A stretch of 64,000 nt of DNA. Origin: Acidobacteriota bacterium (lineage in GTDB: Bacteria > Acidobacteriota > UBA890 > WLXD01). A model generated the notes under the pieces. It ran no database searches, was not told where the DNA came from, and saw only the letters and a program-made list of their open reading frames with translations. Each line of letters opens with the position of its first letter. The stretch's first letter is position 1. The position numbers and the translations under genes were made by a program. Below are positions 17,864 to 27,772 of the stretch, piece after piece. The DNA lies in contig CAXWPH010000015.1 in assembly GCA_963666055.2 (NCBI GenBank), positions 1,824,001 to 1,888,000 of the forward strand. The letters are read 5' to 3'.

Positions 17864-18856
17864 TTACTGGGGTCGAGCGAGCGCCAAATCGATCTCCGTC
17901 GCCGTCCGGACGCTGAAGAAACGATAGTCACTGTACCGGTGCTCAACCCGGAAGAGTCGGTCGTGGTCGATGCCGTCACGCAGCATCTCCGCTGCTATGG
18001 TCCGATAGTTCTCGTCGCTCGGCTGCACCAAGCTCACGCCGGTGCCGATAAGCATCGCCCGGCTCGGGAAGCGCATGCCGTTGGTGTCCTTCTCGAAGTC
18101 CGACCGCGCCCAGGTGAACAGATAACCCCCCAACGGGGGCACCGGTACAGCGTCCACTGCCCGCAGGACGGCCAGCACCTCTTGCGACTGCACCGCATCC
18201 ACACGCAGCAGTTGGTATCGATCGGCGTCTATCCAGGCGCGGCCGAACCAGTCGTTCCGACCGGCCTGGTACGGCGCCCGCGGATCGAACCGCACCACGA
18301 AGGCAGGCCGTCCGTGGATCTCGTCTCGACCCTCCAGGGCGAAGTCGAAGTAGTCGCGGAGGCCAGGCTGGAAAACGAAGACCCACGAGTAGGCGCGCTC
18401 GAGATAGGCCGGCAACCCGATGTCGCCCAACATGATCGTCGGCGCCGCGCCGTCGTTCTGTTTGCCGCGTGCCGTCCGGTAGTCTTGCAGCCGCCCAGCA
18501 GAGGTGCCCGCTGTTGGCGCCGCTTCAACATCCGCCGCGGCAGCATCATCGAAGGGCAAGACGTCGGAGGCAGGCGCCTCGTCGAAGACGTAGAAGTAGT
18601 CGAAGAAATGCGTCGTTCGCCGCGCCACCCGATTCTGCACCCTATAGCGTGTATCGGTAATGCGCTCCACGCACGTAAAGCTCAGTGCGCTGTCTCGGTA
18701 TAACCCCGCCACCCGGCTCATGACGTCGAGCAGCGCCTCGAGCTCCGGGAGCTGTGCCGACCGAGGCGTCGTCGAGCGAGCCACAGCCGGTAGTAGCATC
18801 ATCATCGCCGCGAACAGTAGAGCGACTGCGTGGCGCCGTTTCTTCAATATCACCAT
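17864..18856 (-). CDS. Hypothetical exported protein
   Basis: Signal peptide; beta-rich body with GRAWIDADRYQLLRV and HRYSDYRFFSV, a LolA-like pattern common in Acidobacteria. Confidence 0.65.
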   Translation of the reverse strand: MVILKKRRHAVALLFAAMMMLLPAVARSTTPRSAQLPELEALLDVMSRVAGLYRDSALSFTCVERITDTRYRVQNRVARRTTHFFDYFYVFDEAPASDVLPFDDAAAADVEAAPTAGTSAGRLQDYRTARGKQNDGAAPTIMLGDIGLPAYLERAYSWVFVFQPGLRDYFDFALEGRDEIHGRPAFVVRFDPRAPYQAGRNDWFGRAWIDADRYQLLRVDAVQSQEVLAVLRAVDAVPVPPLGGYLFTWARSDFEKDTNGMRFPSRAMLIGTGVSLVQPSDENYRTIAAEMLRDGIDHDRLFRVEHRYSDYRFFSVRTATEIDLALARPQ

Positions 18857-19203
18857 CACACCTCGAGCAGTTGGAGCTCGCGGCCAGTCTAGCCGCTGGC
18901 GATGCCGTGACGCACGGAGGCCGCGCCAGTGCGGTGGCCTGGCCTCGCGGACGGCGATGAGCGGACGAGCTCGCGGATCGCTCGCCGAAGCTCAACCAAT
19001 CGCGCAGCGCCAGGTCGACGCTGTCGCGGATGCCGGCACGGCGGTCAATCCAGCGAGCCCACCGCCCACGACGACCGCGTCTGCCTTGTACGTGGAACCC
19101 ACGTCGGCTCCTTGTCTGCATCAGGGGCGACATAGTGGCCGCCGGAGCAACGATGGGGCAGCATGGTGGCAGCGTCAACATCCAGGAGTGAGGTCGACAT
19201 CAG

Positions 19204-20184
19204 ATGTTCGCATCCGTCATTGGCACCGTCGCACTAGCGCTTTCGCCGGTGCCGCCGTCGCAAGCCGCGATGAACGAAGTGGAAGCCGCGCCGCGGGCGG
19301 GGGTCATCGAGTACCTGGAGCGCTACGCCGCCGGTGATGCCGACGGCGCTGGCCAGAGCAGGCAGCGCACCGTGCGTGCTCGCGTGCAGCCGCGCCCGGG
19401 TGCGCCGCCCGAGGAAATCGACATGAGGGTGCACGAATCGCCGGTCGACCCGCCCTCGGTCGCGGCCGCGGACGCTGATCTCGCCGATGACGAGCTCGTC
19501 CTCGGACTGATTGTCGACGGCCAGCCGATGGCCTATCCGATCCGTTATCTGGCGCCCTACGAGGTGCTCAACGACGTCGTCGGATCGACCGCGCTGGCTC
19601 CGACCTGGTGACCGCTTACCGGATCGGGCGTCGTGTACGCTCGTCGTCATGGGGATCGCGATCTGACATTCGATTTTGCCGAAGGCCTGGTCGACGACAA
19701 CCTCCTGGTGGTAGATCGCGAGACTAGCAGCGTCTGGTCGCAGCTGGCCGGCAAAGCGATCGCCGGCGAGCTGAAGGACACCCCGCTGCGGGCCATACCC
19801 GCCCTGCAGGCCACCTGGGGTTTCTGGCGACAACGACATCCTGAGTCGAGAGTCATGACGTTGCCCGACGAACGGGGTCGACCCTACGTGTACTCCGGGT
19901 TTGTGCCCGGTGAGCCACGATCGCCAAGCGGCGACCACGATACCTCGACGCTCGGGCTCGGTCTGGCCATCGGTAACGAGGCCTGGTTCTTTCCCTTCCC
20001 GGAGCTCGCCGGCGCCGACACGCCGGTGCGAATGAACGTCGGCGGAACCGCGATAGCCATCCACTTCGACGCCGAAGGACTGACGGCGTGGGCCGAGAAC
20101 GACGCCGGCGAGTTGCTGATGTCGGTGCTCGCTTACGAGCAGGGCTGGCGAAGCTTCTACCCGCATACGAGCACCTGGAGATAG
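19204..20184 (+). CDS. DUF3179-family exported protein, probable selenoprotein (UGA 19609-19611 read as Sec)
   Basis: Two ORFs in one frame joined as AYPIRYL..EVLND..APTW-U-PLTGSGVVY; downstream DRETSSVWSQLAGKAIAG, TWGFWRQRHPES. Confidence 0.8.
19622..19645 (+). promoter_or_regulatory. Putative bacterial SECIS hairpin
   Basis: CGGGCGT-CGTGT-ACGCTCG stem-loop, apical loop ~20 nt after the UGA, GU in the loop. Confidence 0.55.
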
Positions 20185-20265
20185 CTGCCGACGATGCTGG
20201 GCGCTAGCACGCCGCCGCCCTCAGCGAGCGAACTGTCGAGCCCTCCGCGGTCCAAGCTGTTCGCC

Positions 20266-21267
20266 ATGATTGCAAGGTGGGGGATAGGTATCATCCTCGT
20301 CGGCGCCGCTGTCAACCTCGCCCTGGCCTGGCAATCGATACGCGTCGGAGCAGCCGGAACGCTGCGCTCCGTGGCACCGATATGGTTGGGTGTTGCTGTC
20401 GTCTTGGGAGTCGCACCTTGGTTCTTTACCGCCGCACGAGCGTGGATGTGGGCGCGGTTCTTTGGCACGCCCATCACGGCGCGCGACGCGCTGCGGGTGG
20501 GCGTTGGTACTGAGCTGGGATCATCGATCAGCCCCAAGGCAATCGGCGGCGCCCCCGTCAAGGTCGGCTTGCTCGTCGATAGCGGGGTGCGGACCGGCAC
20601 CGCAGCCTCGATGTTGATGTTGGACAACCTTGTCGACATCATGTTCTTCGTCGGCGTGGCTCCGGCGATCGCCTTGGCGACCTCCCGCTGGGCCCTGCCC
20701 GAGGTACAAGAAGTACTAGGTCGGGTGGTCGACAAAGTTGTCTTGGCGGCGCCGTGGATCGTCGCGGTCGTGGCGGTTGTCGCGGTCGTCGGAATGCTCC
20801 TTTTCATGCGGCGGCTTCGTGTCCGCGACCCAGCAGCCGACGCGGGCGGCATGCGCGGCGCCCTGGCGCGCCTGGGCGACGAATTCCTGTCGGCCTACGA
20901 GCTAGTTGGCAAGCACGGCAAGACCCGGTTCCTGGTCGCGGTCGTAATGACTACCGGCCTCTGGGTGACACGCTGCTCGGTGGCCACGGCGGTGCTCTAC
21001 GGCCTCGGAGCCGGGGTCGACCCGGTGTTGTTCTTTCTGCTGCAGTGGGTGGTGTTCATGATGATGGTGTTCGTACCCACTCCGGGTGCGGCGCTTGGTG
21101 CCGAAGCATCTTTTGGCGCCGTGATCGATGGCTTCGTGGCGGAGGGAATCCTCGGAATCGTCACCGCCGGCTGGCGATTCTTCAGCTTTTACTTGCCGTT
21201 GCTGCTGGGGCTGGCGGTGATGCCGCTACTGGGAACCAGACGAGGCGGCGCTGGTGCCCACTCCTGA
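20266..21267 (+). CDS. Lysylphosphatidylglycerol synthase TM-domain / flippase-like membrane protein (UPF0104)
   Basis: Multiple TM helices; ISPKAIGGAP, FVPTPGAALGAEASF, WRFFSFYL. Confidence 0.8.
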   Translation: MIARWGIGIILVGAAVNLALAWQSIRVGAAGTLRSVAPIWLGVAVVLGVAPWFFTAARAWMWARFFGTPITARDALRVGVGTELGSSISPKAIGGAPVKVGLLVDSGVRTGTAASMLMLDNLVDIMFFVGVAPAIALATSRWALPEVQEVLGRVVDKVVLAAPWIVAVVAVVAVVGMLLFMRRLRVRDPAADAGGMRGALARLGDEFLSAYELVGKHGKTRFLVAVVMTTGLWVTRCSVATAVLYGLGAGVDPVLFFLLQWVVFMMMVFVPTPGAALGAEASFGAVIDGFVAEGILGIVTAGWRFFSFYLPLLLGLAVMPLLGTRRGGAGAHS

Positions 21268-21329
21268 CGCCGGCGCCCCCGCCGATTGTCGTCGCGGTCG
21301 CCGCTGAGCCCTTGGTTGTCCACCCTGGA

Positions 21330-22110
21330 CTGCAGCTCATGAATAGCGCACACCGGGGACAACGTCCACCGACGCGGTGAACTCAGCGATGAGCAGGCTT
21401 GCGTAGACCGCGGTGCTGGTGTCGCCTCGCGACGCCACCCCGCGCGGCTGCGAGCCACCGCGAAAGTCAGAGGGTAGCCGGTACGTGATTGGCGCGGGTG
21501 AGATGCCGGGACGATCAATCGTAGGTACCGGATAGCGTGCATCGGTGCGTCCTGCCAGCGGCCACGTGACGAGGTTGTCTCGTCATGGCCGGATTCGGCA
21601 CCCGGCTTGAAGACCATGCGTCGACGTCGGCGGATCTGCCGTTCCTGGTCATGCGCGCCTCGAGTGCCTGGAGCGAATCGTTGAGCTCCTCGATCGAGCG
21701 CCGAGTCGAGCTCGACCGCCTCGTTGCCGAGCTCACGGAACAGAGTCAGCTCCACATCGAAGAGGCCGAAGCAAGCCTCGCGGAACGCGACTCGAGTATC
21801 GAGCGCTTCGAGCAGCGCCTCGCCCAGCAAACCGAGATGCTAGCAAGACGCGACCAGCAAGTAAAGAACGATCGCGAGCGCATCGAATCGCTCCAGGCAG
21901 ACGTCGAGGAGCGCACCGCGGCAACGGAGCGGTCGCTTCGAGAGCGCGACCTGGAGACGGACCGCATGCGCCGTACGCTCGAGGCGCAGCTGGAGGAGAT
22001 CCAAACATCCGATGAGACCGTACAGCGCCTAGAACAGGAGGTAACGGGCGTGCGTTCGTTGCTCGATCAGGAGCGCGCCCAGGCCCTAGACGCACAAGCA
22101 CGGTTGGGAA
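21330..22110. pseudogene. Degenerate coiled-coil protein fragments on both strands
   Basis: + strand heptad-rich stretch ~21700-22100 with no clear start; - strand RSIEELNDSLQALEARM running away from the same point. Confidence 0.35.
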
Positions 22111-22261
22111 CGCGTGCAGGGAGCGCGCGCGGCGGCGCAAGGGGAATTCGGCGTAGGGTACGGATCGACCGAATAGGCTCGCACGTCGGCCGGCTCAGCC
22201 GCCCCGACAGAAAGACCCGGGTGTGGCCACTTCAGCGACTCCGACGAAGCGGAAGTACGAA

Positions 22262-23161
22262 TCACCGAGCAGCGGCCAGCTTCGCCGCTTGCTCAGCGAG
22301 TCGCGGAGATCTGAGATCGTCAGCCAGCGCCGCGAACCCGTCCGTCGGACCCTCCCATCGCAGGGCCTCGGCCGATACAACGATCGCGTCGGTGCGCAGC
22401 GTCGCCAGGTCTCGAAACAAGAGCACGTCGTCCCAGCTCTCGGCAAGCGTAGCGGCTAGCTTTTGAGCTCCTCTCACCTGGACCTTCCAGGCCTCGGCCT
22501 GGCGCGGGATCGCCTCCAGGTAAACGTATTGACGCAGCAGCGTCGAGGTGGATTTTGCGCCCCAGCCTCGCACCCCCGGATAGCCATCGGCACTATCGCC
22601 GACCAGCGCCAAGTAGTCGGGGATCGAGCCCGGCAGCACACCGAATTTCTCCAGCACACCGGCTACTCCACGCACCGTCCGCGCTCGACGATCCAGCTGT
22701 ACGACGCGATCATCGACCACGCACTGCGCCAGGTCCTTGTCGGGCGTACAGATGAACACCCGGCGTACCGAGCTGTCGGATGTGAGCCCCGCAGCGGCAG
22801 ATGCCAGCGCGTCGTCCGCCTCGTACTTGCGCATCGGCCACACGACAATGCCCATCGCCTCCAAAGCCCGCTCGAGCGGTTCGAATTGCCCCAACAGCTC
22901 AGGATCGATGTCGTCCCCGCGCTTGTAGTCACCCCACATCTCGTTGCGAAACGACTCGATCACGTGGTCCGTTGCCACGCCGATGTGCGTCGCGCCGTCA
23001 CGCAGCAATCCGAGCATCGAGGCTAGTACACCGCGCACCGCACCGACCTCCAGGCCGGCGCCATCCTGGCTTCGCGGCACGGCATAGAAATGCCTGAACA
23101 GCTCGTACGTGCCGTCGACCAGGTGCACGTCCGTCCTAGGTGCTGCTCCGCTGGCGCTCAT
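22262..23161 (-). CDS. Stand-alone 5'-3' exonuclease / flap endonuclease (PolI N-terminal-like)
   Basis: HLVDGTYELFR, YEADDALAS, TPDKDLAQ, DYLALVGDSADGYPGVRGWG. Confidence 0.9.
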   Translation of the reverse strand: MSASGAAPRTDVHLVDGTYELFRHFYAVPRSQDGAGLEVGAVRGVLASMLGLLRDGATHIGVATDHVIESFRNEMWGDYKRGDDIDPELLGQFEPLERALEAMGIVVWPMRKYEADDALASAAAGLTSDSSVRRVFICTPDKDLAQCVVDDRVVQLDRRARTVRGVAGVLEKFGVLPGSIPDYLALVGDSADGYPGVRGWGAKSTSTLLRQYVYLEAIPRQAEAWKVQVRGAQKLAATLAESWDDVLLFRDLATLRTDAIVVSAEALRWEGPTDGFAALADDLRSPRLAEQAAKLAAAR

Positions 23162-23281
23162 TCGACCCAGTGTAGACGGCAGCGCAGGCGTGTGGCCCCC
23201 GTTCGCGATCAGGCGCGCATGCGTGCCGGGCAGAAGAAGCCCTTCTGGCGACACGGCTGCGCAACTGTCGGCGACTTTCGG

Positions 23282-24013
23282 CTACCCGTTAGCTGACGCC
23301 GACGCCACCTCAGCTCGGCCACGCGCCCGCTCCGTGATGCCATCGAGAAAACTGCTGTTGGCGGCCGCCAGGCTCGCAAAGCGTGCCGCGTCGAGCATCT
23401 CGTCGGCACTCGTGACGAATTCTCCGTGCGGCAACGGATCGTAGCGCTTCAAGACATCGGCGACGACTTCAGACGTCAGCTCAGGGTGAAATTGCAGCCC
23501 GAGAACATTGGCGCCCCAGCTGAAGGCCTGGTTCTCGCACGCCTCGTTCCGGGCCAGCCGAACGGCACCGCGAGGCAGATCGAAGGTGTCGAAGTGCCAC
23601 TGCATGACGGCGAGCTCGGGGGCAAAGAAGGGCGCTAAGCGCCCGTCCAGTCGGCCTTCGGCGGTCGACTCGATGACGTGCCAGCCGAGCTCGGGATGGC
23701 GATGGCGCACCACGCGCGCTCCCAGGACGCGGGCGACTATCTGACCTCCCAGACAAATGCCCAGAACGTGAATGTCGGTTTCGATGGCGCGCTCCACGAA
23801 GTCCAGCTCCTCCAGCAGCCAGGCGTGCTCGTGCTCGTCGCAAGCTCCCATCGGACCGCCCAAGATGATGAGCAGGTCGATGCCCTCGAGGCCAGGGAAG
23901 CTCTCCCCGGCGTAGGGTCGCGTCTCGGTGATCTCCCAGCCACGCCGTAGCCCCCAGGGCCGTATGTTGCCGAGGCCGACGGCAGGCAGATGGCGAACGT
24001 AGTGCAAGCGCAT
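23282..24013 (-). CDS. Type 1 glutamine amidotransferase (GMP synthase GATase-like)
   Basis: ILGGPMG, LGICLGGQ, QWHFDTF, LQFHPE catalytic triad. Confidence 0.88.
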   Translation of the reverse strand: MRLHYVRHLPAVGLGNIRPWGLRRGWEITETRPYAGESFPGLEGIDLLIILGGPMGACDEHEHAWLLEELDFVERAIETDIHVLGICLGGQIVARVLGARVVRHRHPELGWHVIESTAEGRLDGRLAPFFAPELAVMQWHFDTFDLPRGAVRLARNEACENQAFSWGANVLGLQFHPELTSEVVADVLKRYDPLPHGEFVTSADEMLDAARFASLAAANSSFLDGITERARGRAEVASASANG

Positions 24014-24161
24014 GCCACCAGTGTATCCGGGGGCAGCGGGCGTTTCCTCCGGGAGCTTGACGCTCCTCCGTGATCTCGCCAGCAAGACCCACGTTCCAGA
24101 CACCAGAGTTTTTCAGCGCCCTGCTAGACGGCACGGCATCCGCCGGTGCAAGGTTGCCGGC

Positions 24162-24749
24162 ATGCGAACCTTCCTCCTCGTTCTGGTCGCCGCCAGCCTG
24201 GCAGTACCGGCCGGCGCCGACACGGTCTGGCTCGCGAACGGCCGTGTCCTGCAGGTCGAGGATGCACGCATCGAGAACGGCAGGGTGGTTTTTCGAGCCT
24301 ACGGCGTGGAGGTGGCGATGCCGGCCGACCTCGTGCGCCAGATCCGGCGCGACGACGGTCGCTCTCCGGGGTCTGTGCCCCGCACCATCAATGCCCGGCC
24401 GGCTGATGGCGATCCGGGGCGTCGACCCGCGACACGCGTCCGCGAGCGACGTCCGCCGATCGCCCCGCCTGCGCCGGAACCCGAGAGCTTCTATCTCGAT
24501 CCCGCCGGCCGCGCGTACTGGGAGGAGAAGATGGCTTGGCTACGCGAGCAGATATCGAGCCTGGAAGCTGGGCAGGAGCGTAGACGCGACGGCCCCCGAG
24601 CAGGCGGCGACTACCGCTCCGCCCGCCGGACAGCGAATCGTCGGGAGCTACAGGCCTGGCGTGCCCTCGAGAGTGCCCTGCGAGCTGAGGCGCGCCGCCT
24701 GGGCGTGCCGTCGGATTGGTTGCGGCTCGACCGCCGACTCGGCGACTGA
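24162..24749 (+). CDS. Hypothetical exported protein
   Basis: Signal peptide MRTFLLVLVAASLAVPAGA-DTVWLANGR; C-terminal helix ending EARRLGVPSDWLR. Confidence 0.6.
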   Translation: MRTFLLVLVAASLAVPAGADTVWLANGRVLQVEDARIENGRVVFRAYGVEVAMPADLVRQIRRDDGRSPGSVPRTINARPADGDPGRRPATRVRERRPPIAPPAPEPESFYLDPAGRAYWEEKMAWLREQISSLEAGQERRRDGPRAGGDYRSARRTANRRELQAWRALESALRAEARRLGVPSDWLRLDRRLGD

Positions 24750-24771
24750 GCCTCTCGGAGAAGGCTCGACG

Positions 24772-25695
24772 ATGAAGCCCACGACACGCCGGCGATTTCT
24801 GGGACAGTCAGCTGCACTAGGGGCGGTCGCGGCGCTTCCTGCCGTTTCGGCGCACCGCCGAGAAAGCGACCCGTGGTTCAGCATCTCGTTGGCGGAATGG
24901 TCGCAGCACCGGGCCCTGCTCGGGGGTGAGCTCGACCATCTCGACTTCATCAACGGTGCCCGTACTACGTTCGGCATTGATGCGGTCGAGTACGTCAATG
25001 TGTTCTTTTTCGACCGCGCGCGCGACACAGCCTACCTGCAGGAGATGCGGGCGCGTTGCGACGGTGAGGGCGTTCGCAGCTTGCTGATCATGTGCGACCG
25101 TGAGGGGCGGCTCGGAGATCCGGACGCGGCGGCACGTACTCAGGCGATCGAGAACCATCACAAGTGGGTCGAGGCTGCTGCCTTCCTCGGCTGTCACAGC
25201 ATTCGGGTAAACGCCGCATCCGAGGGCACTTGGGAGGAACAGAGCCGGCTGGCCGCAGATGGGTTGCGACGCCTTACAGAGTTCGCCTCGGATCATGGCT
25301 TGAGCGTACTGGTTGAAAACCACGGCGGCCTATCGAGCAACGGCAAGTGGCTCGCCGAGACGATCCGCCGCGGTGCCCATCCAGGGCTCGGCACCCTGCC
25401 CGACTTCGGCAACTTCCGGATCGCGGACGATGACTGGTATGACTTTTACCTCGGCGTCGAGGAGCTCATGCCCATGGCGCGCGCCGTGAGCGCCAAGTCG
25501 TACGACTTCGGACCCGACGGCAACGAGATCCGTCTCGACTACGACCGCCTGCTGCGCATCGTCGGCAACGCAGGGTACCGGGGCCGGGTCGGCATCGAGT
25601 ACGAGGGCGAGCGCTTGTCGGAGCCCGACGGGATCCGCGCCACCAAGGCGCTGCTCGAGCGAGTCCGCAACGAGCTTGCCAGCGAGATGTCCTGA
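24772..25695 (+). CDS. Tat-exported sugar phosphate isomerase/epimerase (xylose isomerase-like TIM barrel)
   Basis: TRRRFLG Tat signal; ISLAEWS, VENHGGLSSNG, LPDFGNF, VSAKS, GIEYEG. Confidence 0.88.
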   Translation: MKPTTRRRFLGQSAALGAVAALPAVSAHRRESDPWFSISLAEWSQHRALLGGELDHLDFINGARTTFGIDAVEYVNVFFFDRARDTAYLQEMRARCDGEGVRSLLIMCDREGRLGDPDAAARTQAIENHHKWVEAAAFLGCHSIRVNAASEGTWEEQSRLAADGLRRLTEFASDHGLSVLVENHGGLSSNGKWLAETIRRGAHPGLGTLPDFGNFRIADDDWYDFYLGVEELMPMARAVSAKSYDFGPDGNEIRLDYDRLLRIVGNAGYRGRVGIEYEGERLSEPDGIRATKALLERVRNELASEMS

Positions 25696-25737
25696 AGCGT
25701 GCGATCGACGCGCGAATCCGGCTGTGATATGTCGCCG

Positions 25738-26469
25738 TCACGGCGCGGCGGTCAAGTCCTTGATCCGGATGTTGCGGAACCAGACCGAGCTGTCGTGGTC
25801 GTGGTTCTGCAACCCCACGTAGCCGGAGGCGGCGAAGTCGGCAATCTTCCCGCGTGGCTCCGCATCCCAATCGACCACCATCTCGCCGTTGATCTCGACA
25901 GCGATGTGATCACCAACGAAGGTCACTCGCATGTGGTTCCAGTCGCCCGTCGGGCGAGAGGCCAAGCGCGTCGCCGGTTCCGCGTCGTAGACTGCGCCGG
26001 TCCGATGGATCCCCTCCTCCGTGGCATCGTAGATCTGGATCTCGAACGAGTGATAGATGTAGTCGTTGCTACTCGGGACACCCGGAACGCGGACAAACAC
26101 CCCGGAATTCGTTTCCAGCTTGCTGGTCTTGAACTCGAGCGCGAGCGCGAAGTCGGAGTACTCGCGGGCGCTGTACCACATGAGCCCCATGCCGCCGTGC
26201 GACTCGAGCACGCCGGTCTCCCCATCGAGCACGAAGTAACCCGGTCCGTAGTGGTTCCACCCGCCCTTGTGAAAGACGCCCTCGTCGTTCTGCTGGATCA
26301 GCTCTTCGAAACCGTCTGAGCTCGCCGACATCGTCTCCTCCAGCGGCGGAATCGCGCTCGCCTCGCTGCCTGCAGGCAGCGAACGTACGGCGCCGACACC
26401 GATGACAGCTGCAGCGCCGACGCTGAACACGATGGCGGGTAGTGGCAGTCGTCTCACGTCATGGATCAT
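25738..26469 (-). CDS. DUF1080 family (3-keto-disaccharide hydrolase-like) exported protein
   Basis: YSDFALALEFK, NSGVFVR, EIQIYD, TGAVY, GYVGLQNHD, VWFRNIRIK. Confidence 0.88.
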   Translation of the reverse strand: MIHDVRRLPLPAIVFSVGAAAVIGVGAVRSLPAGSEASAIPPLEETMSASSDGFEELIQQNDEGVFHKGGWNHYGPGYFVLDGETGVLESHGGMGLMWYSAREYSDFALALEFKTSKLETNSGVFVRVPGVPSSNDYIYHSFEIQIYDATEEGIHRTGAVYDAEPATRLASRPTGDWNHMRVTFVGDHIAVEINGEMVVDWDAEPRGKIADFAASGYVGLQNHDHDSSVWFRNIRIKDLTAAP

Positions 26470-26500
26470 CAGGGGATCTCCTGCTGTAGAGGCAGCGGCT

Positions 26501-27751
26501 CTATTCGCTCTTGGGGTTCCATTCGCCTCGCGCCACCGCTGGCATGAAGCCTGCCAGGTCGGGCGGCGGAAACTCGATGGCAGCGCCACGCTCGGCGCTC
26601 ATATAAGCGGTCATTAGCAACTCCGTGACGTTGAGACCATCGTCGAACGTCTCGTCCGGCCGTCGGCCGTCGAGAAAGCACCGCACCATGTGCCGGTTCT
26701 CGCCGACGTAGCCATACTCGCTTTCTTCGTCGGCCACCACCGGCATCTGGCCAACTTCCGCGTTCTGCTTTTCTACCAGGTCCTCGCCTGCCGCCCCCAC
26801 CACCCGCCTCGAGAAGAACAGCTTGGGGCCCATGTCGAGTGAGTTAACCGACATCGAGTACTCGGGGCCGAGCAGCTCCATCGTGAGCCGCAGCCCGGCG
26901 CCGACAAAGCACCATGACGTGGTGGTCTCGACGATCCGCGGGTTACCGTCCGGGTCGCGATACTCGACGAGCGAGCGCGCGAAATCCTCGGACGGGCGGG
27001 TCCGGTAATCGTTCTGTCCGCCGCTCGCCTGCGCCAGCTGCTCGGCGTAGTGCGGCTGCTGCCACTTCAAGCAGTTGGTGTAGGCGGTCACGCGAACCGG
27101 CGTCAGCACGTCGCGGGGCGCGCCGGGCGGCGTCAACAGAAAACGCGCTGTCTCCACGGAGTGGCACATCATGTCGTTGAGCACCCCGCCCCCCTGCAGC
27201 TCGCCCGACCAGAACCAGGGCATGTGCGGGCCAGCGTGCTCTTCCGCCGCCCGTGCCAGGTAGGGTGGGCCCGTGAGGGCGGCGCCGCGCGCCCAGACGA
27301 TCTGCTTGCCGCGCACCACACTGGGGGTAAACAACTGGTTCTCCAGATAGCCGTCGAGCAGTTCGGCCTCCTGCACCAGCTCGACCATGCGCATCGCCTC
27401 GGCGGTATTGCGACCCAGCGGCTTTTCGCACGCTACACCCAGCAACTCGCCCTTGCCCGACTTCACGGCGTCGACGATCTCCTCCATGACTTCGATACGG
27501 GTGAAGTTGGGCGAGCAGATCCACACCGCATCGATAGCAGGGTCGGCGACCAACTCGGTGATCGAAGCGAACGCCCTCGCCTCGCCGACACGAAGCTGGC
27601 GCGCTAGGGCGGCCGCTTCCTCCGCGCTCTCAGCGCTTCGACTGACCACGCCGAGGACATCGGCGGCGCGGACGCCGATGAACGAACGGATGTGGAAGCG
27701 GCCAACAAAGCCCCCACCGATGATCCCTACACCGAGTCGTCGCTGGGTCAT
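26501..27751 (-). CDS. Gfo/Idh/MocA family oxidoreductase
   Basis: GIIGGGFVG, CEKPLG, GGGVLNDMMCHS. Confidence 0.9.
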   Translation of the reverse strand: MTQRRLGVGIIGGGFVGRFHIRSFIGVRAADVLGVVSRSAESAEEAAALARQLRVGEARAFASITELVADPAIDAVWICSPNFTRIEVMEEIVDAVKSGKGELLGVACEKPLGRNTAEAMRMVELVQEAELLDGYLENQLFTPSVVRGKQIVWARGAALTGPPYLARAAEEHAGPHMPWFWSGELQGGGVLNDMMCHSVETARFLLTPPGAPRDVLTPVRVTAYTNCLKWQQPHYAEQLAQASGGQNDYRTRPSEDFARSLVEYRDPDGNPRIVETTTSWCFVGAGLRLTMELLGPEYSMSVNSLDMGPKLFFSRRVVGAAGEDLVEKQNAEVGQMPVVADEESEYGYVGENRHMVRCFLDGRRPDETFDDGLNVTELLMTAYMSAERGAAIEFPPPDLAGFMPAVARGEWNPKSE

Positions 27752-27772
27752 GAGGCTCGATTCATGGCGCCG

